DNA of 64,000 nt from Bacilli bacterium (GCA_050174575.1 JBFXJT010000003.1:1689-65688), one strand, 5' to 3'. Positions 1 through 9,692 are shown, counted from the first letter of the stretch. The notes: generated from the sequence alone by a model not told the origin. Translations and numbers: made by a program.

Positions 1-755
1 AAGGAAATTTGGGATACACTTTGCAAAGCCATGTAGAAGTTTTGCACTATATAAAAGCGCCAATGCTTAATACAATTAAATTAAACATTTTTGTATTGAT
101 ATGCGTCTTTTCAATAACCTTCCCGTTAGGTATCAAAACGGCAGTAAAGAAATATTCTACTTTTGATAATAGTGTTCAAGTCTTTACCATCGTTGGAATG
201 TCGCTTCCAAGTTTTTTCATTGCATTAATTTCCATTCTAATTTTTTCCGCTTGGCTAGGTGTTTTACCAAGTAGCGGAAGCAATTCGGGGATTATTGTTC
301 GTGAAACGATGACATGGTTCCAAGTTTTATTGGATGATTTGAAATATATGGTATTACCTGTGTTTGTTTTAACAGTATCTTCATTAGCCGGAATAACACG
401 TTATGTTCGTGGTACGATGATTGATATTTTGACTCAAGACTATATCCGTACGGCAAGAGCTAAAGGATTACGCGAAAAAGTTGTTATTTATTCTCACGCT
501 TTCCGCAATGCCATGATTCCTGTTGTTACCATCATGACTGGATGGACCTTAGGAATATTTGGTGGTTCTACGATTACTGAGACCATTTTCGCTTGGAAGG
601 GAATGGGGAAAACCCTATTTGATGCCCTTATGCAAGGACCGGACTATGCTGTCATTTTAGCAATGAACCTTTTCTATACAATGCTCGGCTTAGTTGGAAA
701 TTTATTACTTGATTTACTTTACACGGTTGTTGATCCAAGGGTTAAGTTGGGGTAA
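1..755 (+). CDS. oppB: Oligopeptide ABC transporter permease, OppB-like, 5' truncated by the window edge
   Basis: Translation shows a BPD_transp_1-type permease fold with multiple TM helices and a C-terminal 'LLDLLYTVVDPRVKL' motif typical of OppB/DppB. It lies immediately upstream of the oppC/D/F homologs. The ORF reaches the window start, so the true start is upstream. Confidence 0.75.
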   Translation, partial: GNLGYTLQSHVEVLHYIKAPMLNTIKLNIFVLICVFSITFPLGIKTAVKKYSTFDNSVQVFTIVGMSLPSFFIALISILIFSAWLGVLPSSGSNSGIIVRETMTWFQVLLDDLKYMVLPVFVLTVSSLAGITRYVRGTMIDILTQDYIRTARAKGLREKVVIYSHAFRNAMIPVVTIMTGWTLGIFGGSTITETIFAWKGMGKTLFDALMQGPDYAVILAMNLFYTMLGLVGNLLLDLLYTVVDPRVKLG

Positions 756-758
756 AAT

Positions 759-2756
759 ATGAAAAAAAGAAATTTATTTCAAAATATAAAAGAGATCTTT
801 ATTGTTATTGGACGTGCTATTAGATCGACATTCCGTAGAAGTTTTTTAGGAACACACAAGGAAATGACGATTTTAGAAGAAGAAGCAGTACAAAGCCCAT
901 TAAGAGTTACAGCAAAAAAATTCATAAAAAACAAACTTGCCATCATTGGTTTAGTTGTCTTTTTATCAGTTCTATTGTTTTGCTTTGTTGGGAGTATTTT
1001 TGTAAAAGCAGACATTTATTATGTTAATAAAACACAAGCTAATACAAGTCCCGGATTTTCATTATTAAGCATTCCAGATGAATTGCAAGAAAACGGCATT
1101 TTAGACATTGCCATTGCTGCAACTTATAGTATGGGAATTGATAAGCAAAATAATGTGTATATTTGGGGTATTGATGTTGATGCCATGGCTGAATCGTTTG
1201 AAGGTGGCGGGGCAACTCCAGAGGGTATTAAACGTGGTCAAGAATTGACCAAAGATTTAAAAGCAACTAGAGTTTGGGCAGGAACAGAACATTTCATTTT
1301 AGAACAAATGGATGGTTCACTCGTTTCCTTTGGTCTTGTTACTGAAACAATTTCCTTTGGACATACTACAATCCCAACAAATTTAGCAATTAAGAGTTTG
1401 TCAGGAATGACAACTTATGTTAATGTTGTGGAAGCCATTGCCGCTGATGGCGGGGTTTTAGATGTAATTGCTGAAAACCAAGTTACAATGGTTATTACAA
1501 ATAAAAATCGTGTATTCATGTGGGGAAATACAGCTAAACGTCCATACAATTTGACTATAGCTTTAAAAAATCTTAAAGCTGTTTATGCTGGCTTTTCACG
1601 TGAAAATATTACATTCTTATTGGATGATGGAAAAATAAAAGTCGTGGGCACTGGTTCCATTTCTTCAAACATTCCTTCAATCTTGTTGGGACCAAATGCC
1701 ATGGGTGAACAACTTGTGACAACAGCAGGTAGTGCCGTTGTTCTTCGTCAAGATGGAACAATCATTGCTTGGGGTGATAACTTATCTAAAGAACTTGAAT
1801 TTGATCCAAGAATTCAGGGACATGTTGTAAAAATATCTAAAACGGCAGTTGGGTCCGATAATTATCAACACTTATCAGCTGTTTTAGATGACGGATCAGT
1901 TTATTCTTGGGGGAGCCCAACTTATGGAGCAACAGATGTTCCCAAAGCTTTATCCGAAGGAACAGAAGCTGCTAACATTTATTCAAGTTTCTTCCAAAAC
2001 TATGTTACCGATGCGGATGGAAATCTTCTAGGTACATGGGGTTTAAAAGGTCACTTGTTTGGAACTGATGAATATGGGCGTGATGTATTTGCCCGTGTTG
2101 TTAATGGTGGAAGAATTTCTTTAACAATTGGTCTTGTTGCCGTTGTTATTTCCACAACCATTGGTATCATCATTGGTGGTATTTCTGGTTTCTATGGTGG
2201 TAAAGTCGACATTCTATTAATGCGTTTTGCAGAAATAGTTGGTTCGATTCCTTTCTTCCCGTTGGCAATGACCTTATCAGTTATCTTAAATCAAGCAAAT
2301 TCTGACTTTGATACAACTGATCGTATGGTTATGATCATGGTGATTTTAGGTGTCTTAAGCTGGACTGGTTTAGCTCAATTAATTCGTGCACAAATTCTTT
2401 CAGAACGTGAAAAAGAATTCGTTGTTGCAGCCAAAGCTTTGGGTGTAAAATCACGCGCGATTATTTTCAAACATATTATTCCAAACGTATTAACAATTAT
2501 TATTATTAATGCAACTTTAGGTTATGCAAGTTCGTTATTAACGGAATCAGGATTATCTTTCTTAGGATTTGGTGTACAATTACCAGCTCCATCTTGGGGT
2601 AACATGTTAAGTGGAGCCCAAGAAATGTCTGTTATTAAGGATGCATGGTGGCGTTGGATATTCCCATCCATCTTCTTATGTATTTCCACAATCAGCATTA
2701 ACATCATTGGTGATGCGATTCGTGATGCCGTTGACCCAAGGTCAAGGGAAAGGTAG
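759..2756 (+). CDS. oppC: Oligopeptide ABC transporter permease, OppC-like, with a ~350 aa extracytoplasmic insertion containing RCC1-like WG repeats
   Basis: The C-terminal ~270 aa match OppC/DppC (motifs 'GTDEYGRDVFARV' and 'AAKALGVKSRAIIFKHIIPNV'). After the first TM, the N-terminal region has repeated '(V/I)WG' beta-propeller-like motifs. Confidence 0.75.
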   Translation: MKKRNLFQNIKEIFIVIGRAIRSTFRRSFLGTHKEMTILEEEAVQSPLRVTAKKFIKNKLAIIGLVVFLSVLLFCFVGSIFVKADIYYVNKTQANTSPGFSLLSIPDELQENGILDIAIAATYSMGIDKQNNVYIWGIDVDAMAESFEGGGATPEGIKRGQELTKDLKATRVWAGTEHFILEQMDGSLVSFGLVTETISFGHTTIPTNLAIKSLSGMTTYVNVVEAIAADGGVLDVIAENQVTMVITNKNRVFMWGNTAKRPYNLTIALKNLKAVYAGFSRENITFLLDDGKIKVVGTGSISSNIPSILLGPNAMGEQLVTTAGSAVVLRQDGTIIAWGDNLSKELEFDPRIQGHVVKISKTAVGSDNYQHLSAVLDDGSVYSWGSPTYGATDVPKALSEGTEAANIYSSFFQNYVTDADGNLLGTWGLKGHLFGTDEYGRDVFARVVNGGRISLTIGLVAVVISTTIGIIIGGISGFYGGKVDILLMRFAEIVGSIPFFPLAMTLSVILNQANSDFDTTDRMVMIMVILGVLSWTGLAQLIRAQILSEREKEFVVAAKALGVKSRAIIFKHIIPNVLTIIIINATLGYASSLLTESGLSFLGFGVQLPAPSWGNMLSGAQEMSVIKDAWWRWIFPSIFLCISTISINIIGDAIRDAVDPRSRER

Positions 2757-2767
2757 GAGGATAGCGT

Positions 2768-3763
2768 ATGGCATTATTAGAAGTAAAAAATTTACATACA
2801 TATTTTAGAACCAAAAGAGGAACTGTAAAAGCCGTAAATGGTGTTAGCTATACTCTTGATGAAGGAAAAACTCTTGGCATCGTTGGTGAAAGTGGCTCGG
2901 GGAAAAGTGTTTCCGCAATGTCCATTTTACGTTTATTAGATGGTAATGGTTATATTGATCAAGGTGAAATTTTCCTTGAAGGAACTAATTTAGTAAATGT
3001 CAGTGAAAGAGCCATGCAACACGTTCGTGGAAATAAGATTTCGGTCATTTTCCAAGAACCAATGACTTCTTTAAATCCTGTCTTTACAGTTGAACGTCAA
3101 ATTGGTGAAGTATTCCAAATTCACCAAGGAATGAGCAAAAAAGAATCTTACGTGAAAAGCGTGGATTTGCTTCGGGAAGTTGGTATTCCTAATCCCGAAA
3201 AAGTTGCGAAAACATATCCGCATCAATTAAGCGGTGGTATGCGTCAACGAGTCATGATTGCCATGGCCTTAGCTTGTCGCCCACGTATTTTAATTGCGGA
3301 TGAACCAACGACCGCCCTAGATGTTACGATTCAGGCGCAAATATTAAAATTAATGAATGACTTAAAAAAAGAATCTAATATGGCGATTATTTTCATTACC
3401 CACGATTTAGGTGTAATTAATGAAATGGCAGATGATGTAGTCGTTATGTATTGTGGTGAGATTGTCGAAAACGCACCGGTAGATGTCATTTTCTCGGATA
3501 ATTGTAAGTTCTCACATCCTTACACAGAAGGTCTAATGACTTCAATCCCACGTTTATCAACTGATAAAGAACGCTTGGAAGCTATTCCTGGTGCTGTTCC
3601 TCATCCACTTGATTTACCAAAAGGATGCAAATTTGCCCCAAGATGCAAATATGCTACTGAAAGATGTTTAAATGAAGAACCAGATTTAATTAAAGTTTCC
3701 GACATTCAAGCGGTACGCTGTTTCTATCCGAACATCGAGGAGAGACAACATGGGAAAAAGTAA
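2768..3763 (+). CDS. oppD: Oligopeptide ABC transporter ATP-binding protein OppD
   Basis: Has Walker A 'GESGSGKS', the ABC signature 'LSGGMRQR', Walker B 'ILIADEPTTALD' and an OppD-type C-terminal Cys-rich tail. The start has an AGGAGG RBS. Confidence 0.85.
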   Translation: MALLEVKNLHTYFRTKRGTVKAVNGVSYTLDEGKTLGIVGESGSGKSVSAMSILRLLDGNGYIDQGEIFLEGTNLVNVSERAMQHVRGNKISVIFQEPMTSLNPVFTVERQIGEVFQIHQGMSKKESYVKSVDLLREVGIPNPEKVAKTYPHQLSGGMRQRVMIAMALACRPRILIADEPTTALDVTIQAQILKLMNDLKKESNMAIIFITHDLGVINEMADDVVVMYCGEIVENAPVDVIFSDNCKFSHPYTEGLMTSIPRLSTDKERLEAIPGAVPHPLDLPKGCKFAPRCKYATERCLNEEPDLIKVSDIQAVRCFYPNIEERQHGKK

Positions 3764-5906
3764 AGTATTAACAAACGAACCACTAATTAAAATAGTGGGA
3801 ATGAAAAAATATTTTCCACTTAAAAAAACCCACTTATTCCAAAAAGAAGCATTAACAGTAAAAGCCAATGATGGTGTCGACCTAATAATTCATAAAGGCG
3901 AAACTCTTGGTTTAGTTGGTGAAAGTGGTTGTGGAAAATCAACCCTTGGCCGTGTTCTTTTACAATTATACCCACAAACATCGGGAAAAATTATTTATTA
4001 TGGTTATACTTTGGAAGACTATTCACCGAGATATTTATTTAAAGAAATTAATCGGTTGAAAACATCTCGTTTAAAATACGAAAACTTATTAAAGAAAATT
4101 CCTTTAATCGAGAAGAAAATCGAAAAAAAGAAAAGCGATCCTTCTTTCCAAAACCAAGTAAAAGCTAACGAACAAGAAATTGCGAAATTGCAAGCTGAAT
4201 GCGATCAAATAGCTAGTGACTGTCGAAATGATTTTGGCACATTCTTCTCTTCTAATAATATGAAAGCAATTAAGCAATCATTAAAGCTTGATGAATTTGT
4301 TTATAAGAGTGGAGAAAAAGTTGCTCAATTAGAATTAAGATTAGAAAAACTTGCTTTAGACTTAGAAAAAGCTAAAAAAATCAAAAACTTAAAAGCTGAA
4401 GCTGAAGTTGCAGCAATAAAAAAACAATTGGAAAACGCTGACTTAAACCTCATTGCTGACTTAAATAAAAAGTTATCGATTGCGGAAAGAAAAGCGCAAC
4501 ACCACATTATTTCTGTGGATATCGATATTCGCGAGACACAAAAAAATATCAATATCATTAAAGATGATACACAAAGAAGTATCGCTAGAATTAAACAAGC
4601 GCTTGAAAAGCCGATTGAATTAAACACGGAAATAATCACTAAACTTGTTAGTCGCAAACAAGAACATTTTGAAAAGGAAAAACGCTTAAAACAGCTTCAA
4701 GACTTTAATCTTTTTTCAAAAGAAAAAGGTCAAATTAAAAACATTAGTAAGCAAATCGAAAAACTAATCAATAAAACAGCCAATGTAACTGGAGCATTCG
4801 TTCTATCTGATGACATTGCTGAAGTTTCGAGAACATTGTTTAAAAACATTGATGTATTGCATAGGATTCAATTAAACAAGGATAAACTAAATCTACTTGA
4901 AGTTAGAAAGTTTAAAGTAGAACAAAAAATAGCTGACGATAAAGAAACTTATACTGACTTCCAAAAAGATGTTTTCCAAGAACGCCTTGACAAGTTAAAC
5001 AAAAAAATTGCTTTCTTAGAAGCTCAAAACGAGTCTTTGTTAGAACAAACAAGACAATTGTCACAAGCAATTAAAGATGCCAACGAAAAATTATCTTCTC
5101 ATCCGATGTATCAAGAACTTGAATCAAAAAAAGAAAAAGGCCTTGATTTATCGCGTTTGACTGGTGAAGAAATGCGTCGCTTACGTCAAGATATGCAATT
5201 AATCTTCCAAGATCCATATTCATCTTTGAATCCAAGATTAACAGTTGGACAAATTATTGGTGAGGGATTAAAAGCCCATGATGTTGAACTGAAAACCAAA
5301 GATAATTACCAAGATATTATTTTAAAAGTCATGGATAAATGCGGATTGGCACCATACATGTTACATCGATATCCACATCAATTTTCTGGTGGTCAACGTC
5401 AAAGAATTGGTATTGCCCGAGCTTTAGCCGTTAATCCAAAATTTATTGTTTGTGATGAAGCAGTTAGTGCTTTAGACGTTTCTATTCAATCACAAATTAT
5501 TAATTTGTTGGAAGATTTACGTGACCAAGAAAACTTAACTTATTTGTTCATCTCCCACGACCTAAGTGTTATTAAACACATTAGTGATCGTATCGGAGTC
5601 ATGTACCTAGGGAAAATTGTAGAATTGGGTAATGCGGATGAAGTTTATAAACGCCCATTACATCCATATACAAAAGCGCTTATTTCCGCAATCCCTACTA
5701 CAGATCAAGGAACAAAACAACGCATTTTCTTGGAAGGCGACATACCTTCGAACGTCTTTCCACCAAGTGGATGTAAGTTTAGAACACGTTGCCCATTAGC
5801 ACGTAAGGAGTGCGCACAACGCGTACCGGAATTCCGCGAAGTTGAACCTGGTCGCTTTGTTGCTTGTCATTTTTATGAAGAAACAGAAACTATTAAACCG
5901 TCTTAA
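3750..5906 (+). CDS. oppF: Oligopeptide ABC transporter ATP-binding protein OppF with a ~400 aa coiled-coil insertion in the nucleotide-binding domain
   Basis: Walker A 'GESGCGKST' sits near aa 60, but the Q-loop 'FQDP', signature 'FSGGQRQR' and Walker B 'FIVCDEAVSALD' appear only after aa ~470. The intervening segment is K/E/L-rich with heptad character. It overlaps the oppD stop by 14 nt. Confidence 0.8.
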   Translation: MGKSKVLTNEPLIKIVGMKKYFPLKKTHLFQKEALTVKANDGVDLIIHKGETLGLVGESGCGKSTLGRVLLQLYPQTSGKIIYYGYTLEDYSPRYLFKEINRLKTSRLKYENLLKKIPLIEKKIEKKKSDPSFQNQVKANEQEIAKLQAECDQIASDCRNDFGTFFSSNNMKAIKQSLKLDEFVYKSGEKVAQLELRLEKLALDLEKAKKIKNLKAEAEVAAIKKQLENADLNLIADLNKKLSIAERKAQHHIISVDIDIRETQKNINIIKDDTQRSIARIKQALEKPIELNTEIITKLVSRKQEHFEKEKRLKQLQDFNLFSKEKGQIKNISKQIEKLINKTANVTGAFVLSDDIAEVSRTLFKNIDVLHRIQLNKDKLNLLEVRKFKVEQKIADDKETYTDFQKDVFQERLDKLNKKIAFLEAQNESLLEQTRQLSQAIKDANEKLSSHPMYQELESKKEKGLDLSRLTGEEMRRLRQDMQLIFQDPYSSLNPRLTVGQIIGEGLKAHDVELKTKDNYQDIILKVMDKCGLAPYMLHRYPHQFSGGQRQRIGIARALAVNPKFIVCDEAVSALDVSIQSQIINLLEDLRDQENLTYLFISHDLSVIKHISDRIGVMYLGKIVELGNADEVYKRPLHPYTKALISAIPTTDQGTKQRIFLEGDIPSNVFPPSGCKFRTRCPLARKECAQRVPEFREVEPGRFVACHFYEETETIKPS

Positions 5907-5982
5907 AATAACACCTGAAAAAGAAGCTTTAGCTCGTCAAAAGCTTGAAGAAACACCTTTAGAAAAAGGTGATTTACGAGCT

Positions 5983-6081
5983 TTGTTAATTGCAGCCTTT
6001 ATTATGTTTGTCTTACCCACTATTGGAGTATTGGCTGTATTAGCATTCATTATGTGGTTAATCTTTTTTGCAGGAAGATAA
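5983..6081 (+). CDS. Possible small hydrophobic membrane peptide of ~32 aa (TTG start), or 25 aa from ATG 6004
   Basis: A strong RBS 'AAAAAGGTGAT' sits 9 nt upstream of an in-frame TTG. The translation 'LLIAAFIMFVLPTIGVLAVLAFIMWLIFFAGR' is a single TM helix, located between oppF and spx. Confidence 0.2.
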   Translation: MLIAAFIMFVLPTIGVLAVLAFIMWLIFFAGR

Positions 6082-6102
6082 CAAAAAGAGATAGGAGGGA
6101 AC

Positions 6103-6540
6103 ATGATTAAAGTTTATACTTCACCCAGCTGTTCTTCATGTCGCAAAGTGAAAAAATATTTCCAACAATATAAGATTCCTTATGTTGAAAAGAATATTTT
6201 ATCAACACCTTTGTACCGTGAAGATATCTACAAAATGCTTATGAACAGCGAAAATGGATTTGAAGACATAATTTCAACGCGCTCAAACGTTTTTAAAGAT
6301 TTAAATGTTGATTTGAATAAAATGAAAACGAATGAACTTGTGGAATTTATTGTTCAAAATCCAAGCGTATTAAAAAGACCAATCATAGTTACCGACTATG
6401 AAATTCAAGTTGGTTACAATGATGACGATATTGAGTTATTTTTACCACAAGAACTCCGCGATATCGATTGCCTACACTGTGTTCCTGAAAAAGATTGTGA
6501 ATACATAAAGGCAATTAAAATTGTTGAAAAATCAGCATAA
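6103..6540 (+). CDS. spx: Spx/ArsC-family global redox regulator (Spx-like)
   Basis: The N-terminal 'MIKVYTSPSCSSCRKVKKYF' carries the CxxC motif. Conserved 'IISTRSNVFKDLNV' and 'LKRPII' match Bacillus Spx, and the length is 145 aa. Confidence 0.85.
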   Translation: MIKVYTSPSCSSCRKVKKYFQQYKIPYVEKNILSTPLYREDIYKMLMNSENGFEDIISTRSNVFKDLNVDLNKMKTNELVEFIVQNPSVLKRPIIVTDYEIQVGYNDDDIELFLPQELRDIDCLHCVPEKDCEYIKAIKIVEKSA

Positions 6541-6545
6541 AAAAA

Positions 6546-6576
6546 GGGCTAAGATGAAAAATCTTAGCTCTTTTTT
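6546..6576. terminator. Bidirectional rho-independent terminator between spx (+) and yjbK-like (-)
   Basis: The sequence GGGCTAAGAT-gaaaa-ATCTTAGCTC is followed by TTTTTT on the + strand and flanked by A-rich sequence for the - strand. Confidence 0.6.
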
Positions 6577-7144
6577 AATGCAAACGTTTATAAGCGTTAT
6601 ATGCTCGACGAATTTTTTTATCGGATTTTCGATATTGTATTTCAAGTTCGTTAATGATTTGAATAAATTCTTTTTTTCCTCCACTGTATGTTTTGGCTTC
6701 ATATTCCAATTCATAATCAGTAGTTCCAAGGTAATCACTTTTATCGATAAATAAAACACCAGTTTTATATGGCATATACATTCTTAAAGTCGAAAGACTT
6801 AAGAAGTTTACGAGCTTTTGTGAGCCAATTAAAGAAATTAATTCATTCTTTATATCACTTTCAGGAACAACTCCGGTTGTTCTAATTTCTTTAAATGTAT
6901 CTGCATCAATCGGAATAGTATACTCCTGCATTGAATAACCTTTTTTTCTTTTTAAAGTTAATTCTAGATCATCACGTTCCCGAACACGTAAAGAAGCATC
7001 TAAAGCTTTTAAAGAAAAGCGGGGCGTGTCAAAATAATGATTTGTTTGAAAATCGGAACGATTTCCCTTAAATAATTCAATTAATCGCCCATATTCTTCT
7101 TTTGATAATAACGTTTTAAATTCGACTTCAGTATTGGTGTGCAT
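6575..7144 (-). CDS. CYTH-domain protein (YjbK-like triphosphatase)
   Basis: Its size and its position divergent from relQ/nadK mirror the B. subtilis yjbK-yjbM-ppnK arrangement. The N-terminal 'EVEFKTLLSKEEY' matches a CYTH-like beta-strand/EXEXK region. Confidence 0.55.
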   Translation of the reverse strand: MHTNTEVEFKTLLSKEEYGRLIELFKGNRSDFQTNHYFDTPRFSLKALDASLRVRERDDLELTLKRKKGYSMQEYTIPIDADTFKEIRTTGVVPESDIKNELISLIGSQKLVNFLSLSTLRMYMPYKTGVLFIDKSDYLGTTDYELEYEAKTYSGGKKEFIQIINELEIQYRKSDKKIRRAYNAYKRLH

Positions 7145-7322
7145 AACTTGCGACGTCCTCCCTTTCCTTAATTCATAGTATATTATACATGTTAATGCTT
7201 AAAAAGCAATAGGATTTTTCAAAATAGAAATTTGAATAAAAATAAAATAATAATATATAAAAAAAATATAAATTGTGATAAAATATAGATGACCTTCAAA
7301 TCAATTGTGAAAGGAATTAAAC

Positions 7323-8000
7323 ATGATTAATGAAAACCTTTATTGGCAATCTTTTTTATTGCCATATGAATTGGCTGTCGGCGGATTTATCGTCAAGCTT
7401 GAAGCAATGCGCAAGGAATTTTTGTTAAAAAATGTCAGCAACCCCATTGAAATTGTCTCAGGTCGAGTCAAGTCAGTGAGTAGTATTTTGGAAAAAGCTG
7501 AACGATTGAATATTGATTTCAATCATATTACGGAAGGCATTTATGATATTGCCGGAATTCGTGTTACTTGCAAATATATCGAGGATGTTTATACGGTGGC
7601 TGAACTTTTGAAGTCCCGCAAAGACATCGACATCTTTCTTGTAAAAGATTACATTAAGGACCCAAAGCCAAGTGGTTATCGTTCATTACATTTAATCGCA
7701 AGGTATAATGTTGAAACCGTTGATGGACGCATGCCAATTAATATGGAATTTCAAATTCGAACACATGCAATGCATTTGTGGGCTTCAATTGAGCACACAT
7801 TAAAATATAAATATTATCGCCACATCCCCGAAGAGATTCAAGAACGATTAATCCAAGCATCAATTATTTGTACGGATCTTGATAACGAAATGACAAGAAT
7901 TAAAGAAACAATGGGGGCTGTCGTGGTTGATAAAGTTCGTGAAAATGAACCAACTTTAGACGAGATGGAAGTTTTCTTGAATAGCATAAAAAAATGGTGA
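7323..8000 (+). CDS. relQ: Small alarmone ((p)ppGpp) synthetase, RelQ/YjbM-like (RelA/SpoT synthetase domain only)
   Basis: Strong matches to B. subtilis YjbM include 'VSGRVKSVSSILEKAERL', 'DIAGIRVTC', 'GYRSLHLI' and 'EFQIRTHAMHLWASIEHTLKYKY'. Confidence 0.9.
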   Translation: MINENLYWQSFLLPYELAVGGFIVKLEAMRKEFLLKNVSNPIEIVSGRVKSVSSILEKAERLNIDFNHITEGIYDIAGIRVTCKYIEDVYTVAELLKSRKDIDIFLVKDYIKDPKPSGYRSLHLIARYNVETVDGRMPINMEFQIRTHAMHLWASIEHTLKYKYYRHIPEEIQERLIQASIICTDLDNEMTRIKETMGAVVVDKVRENEPTLDEMEVFLNSIKKW

Positions 8001-8004
8001 TTTC

Positions 8005-8751
8005 ATGAAATATGCACAATTTGGCAATTATGAGCCATTAGTAATAAAACAAACAAGAGATGATGAACATCCCGATGTCGTTTTTTCTTTTGGTGGTGAT
8101 GGAACAATGCTTTCCGCAATCCATCGATATATTGAACAACTAGAACATGTAAAATTTATTGGTGTCAATACAGGGAAATTAGGTTTTTTTACAGATTTTG
8201 ATAAAGATGAGCTTCCGTTGATTTGTGAAATGCTAGAAAACAATCAATTTGAAGTCAATGAATTTCATATATTAGAATATACTTTATACAATGATAAGAC
8301 GACCTATACAGGCTATGCTCTTAATGAATTAGCCATCATCAGTCCAGTCCATACCCAAAACATCGATGTTTATATTAATGATGAACATTTTGAAACATTT
8401 AGAGGAACTGGGCTATTGGTGTCACCGCCAACTGGGAGCACAGCATATAATAAATCTTTAGGGGGAAGTGTGATTGATCCACATATTTGTGCGATTCAAT
8501 TAACGGAAATTGCCCCTATTAGCAACCGCGTTTTTAAAAGTTTGTCTTCGCCATTGATTTTATCAGAAAAATCAAAAATCGCTCTTTTGTTATCCGAGAA
8601 TCAAAACCCAGTTATTAGTGCTGATGGTATCATGTTAGACTTTAATGATTTGCACAAAGTCACTACCAAACTATCCCAACGCACTGTTTCGTTTATTGTA
8701 AAACCAAATACCGATTTTTTCCATCGCGTTAAAAGATCGTTTATTAAATAA
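8005..8751 (+). CDS. nadK: NAD kinase
   Basis: Carries the 'GGDGTMLSA' motif, 'NEL..ISP', 'DG..VSTPTGSTAYNKSLGG' and is the expected length. Confidence 0.85.
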   Translation: MKYAQFGNYEPLVIKQTRDDEHPDVVFSFGGDGTMLSAIHRYIEQLEHVKFIGVNTGKLGFFTDFDKDELPLICEMLENNQFEVNEFHILEYTLYNDKTTYTGYALNELAIISPVHTQNIDVYINDEHFETFRGTGLLVSPPTGSTAYNKSLGGSVIDPHICAIQLTEIAPISNRVFKSLSSPLILSEKSKIALLLSENQNPVISADGIMLDFNDLHKVTTKLSQRTVSFIVKPNTDFFHRVKRSFIK

Positions 8752-8784
8752 TAAAAAGTTAAAGATTATTCTTTAACTTTTTTT
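8752..8784. terminator. Bidirectional terminator between nadK (+) and clpP (-)
   Basis: The hairpin AGTTAAAG-attattc-TTTAACT is flanked by T-runs on both strands. Confidence 0.5.
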
Positions 8785-9356
8785 GTCATAATTTGATCAA
8801 TGATACCATATTTTAAAGCTTCCTCAGGAAACATATAATTGTCTCGTTCGGTATCAAGATTAATTTGTTCAATTGTTTTATTTGTTTTCTCGGCTAATAT
8901 TTGATTCATACGTTCTTTGACACGTAAAATATGTTTAGCGGCGATTTGAATTTCCGTTGCTTGACCGGATGCACCACCCAAAGGTTGATGGATGAGAACC
9001 TCGCTATTAGCAAGTGCAAATCGTTTTCCTTTAGTTCCGCTTGCTAAAAGGAAAGCAGCCATTGATGCAGCTGTTCCAACACAAATCGTTTGAACATCGG
9101 GAGCAACTAAATTCATTGTGTCAAAAATGGCCATTCCGGCAGTAATGGATCCTCCGGGGGAATTGATATATAAATAAATATCTTTTTCCGCATCTTCCGC
9201 AGCTAAAAATAATAACTGAGCGACAACGGAATTCGCTAAATCATCATTGATTTCGCCACTGAGCATAATAATCCGGTCTTTTAATAATCGTGAATAAATA
9301 TCATATGAACGTTCACCTAAAGAAGTTCGTTCAATAACAATCGGTGCATAATACAT
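8766..9356 (-). CDS. clpP: ATP-dependent Clp protease proteolytic subunit
   Basis: Matches ClpP in '[21 protein letters not shown]', '[18 protein letters not shown]' and 'ASMAAFLL'. An AAAGGAG RBS is present. Confidence 0.9.
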   Translation of the reverse strand: MYYAPIVIERTSLGERSYDIYSRLLKDRIIMLSGEINDDLANSVVAQLLFLAAEDAEKDIYLYINSPGGSITAGMAIFDTMNLVAPDVQTICVGTAASMAAFLLASGTKGKRFALANSEVLIHQPLGGASGQATEIQIAAKHILRVKERMNQILAEKTNKTIEQINLDTERDNYMFPEEALKYGIIDQIMTKKVKE

Positions 9357-9433
9357 TTGGTTGTCTCCTTTGTTATTTTATTTTACATCTTTGCTTCAGA
9401 TAAGTCAAACAAAATACTGACAATGAAATTTGG

Positions 9434-9463
9434 CTTGCACAAAATGCTATTTAGTGATATAAT
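9434..9463 (+). promoter_or_regulatory. Sigma-A-type promoter for the pheST leader: -35 TTGCAC, 18 nt spacer, extended -10 TGaTATAAT
   Basis: Read directly from the sequence. It lies just upstream of the T-box leader. Confidence 0.4.
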
Positions 9464-9467
9464 GCAA

Positions 9468-9692
9468 GAAATCAGTGATAAAGAAGTAGTAATTGGAAAA
9501 CAATCTGTAACAGGGAGTTAGGATCGTGACTGTAAGTCTTAACCAGAGCAACCAATGAATTCATCTTTGGAGAGGTTCTAATCAAACCCGCAAAGCGCCT
9601 TGCGTTATCAAACGAATAAGTGCAACTATTGTTGAACTAAGGTGGTACCACGGAAACTTTCGTCCTTAACTAAGTTAAGGATTTTTTAATTT
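9468..9692 (+). promoter_or_regulatory. T-box riboswitch leader, Phe-specific, with terminator
   Basis: The conserved T-box sequence 'AACUAAGGUGGUACCACGG' is at ~9637-9655. The specifier-loop candidate 'GAAUUCA' has a UUC Phe codon followed by A at 9560-9563. The terminator CCTTAACT-aag-TTAAGG plus a U-tract is at ~9661-9690, immediately upstream of pheS. Confidence 0.7.

Noticed and set aside
779-1015. Short antisense or overlapping ORFs in the six-frame track (e.g. 779-1015 -, 4325-4657 -, 13773-14135 +, 16478-16816 +, 25488-25940 -, 48005-48415 -)
   Set aside because: They lie wholly inside and antisense to, or out of frame with, well-supported genes. They have no RBS and are compositionally biased (AT-rich codons), consistent with chance ORFs.
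9380-9420. Possible CtsR operator upstream of clpP (AGTCAAAcaaAATACTG)
   Set aside because: Only one heptad matches A/GGTCAAA. The second heptad is degenerate, so this is not a convincing tandem CtsR box. A plausible TTGACT-17-TAAAAT promoter is present instead.
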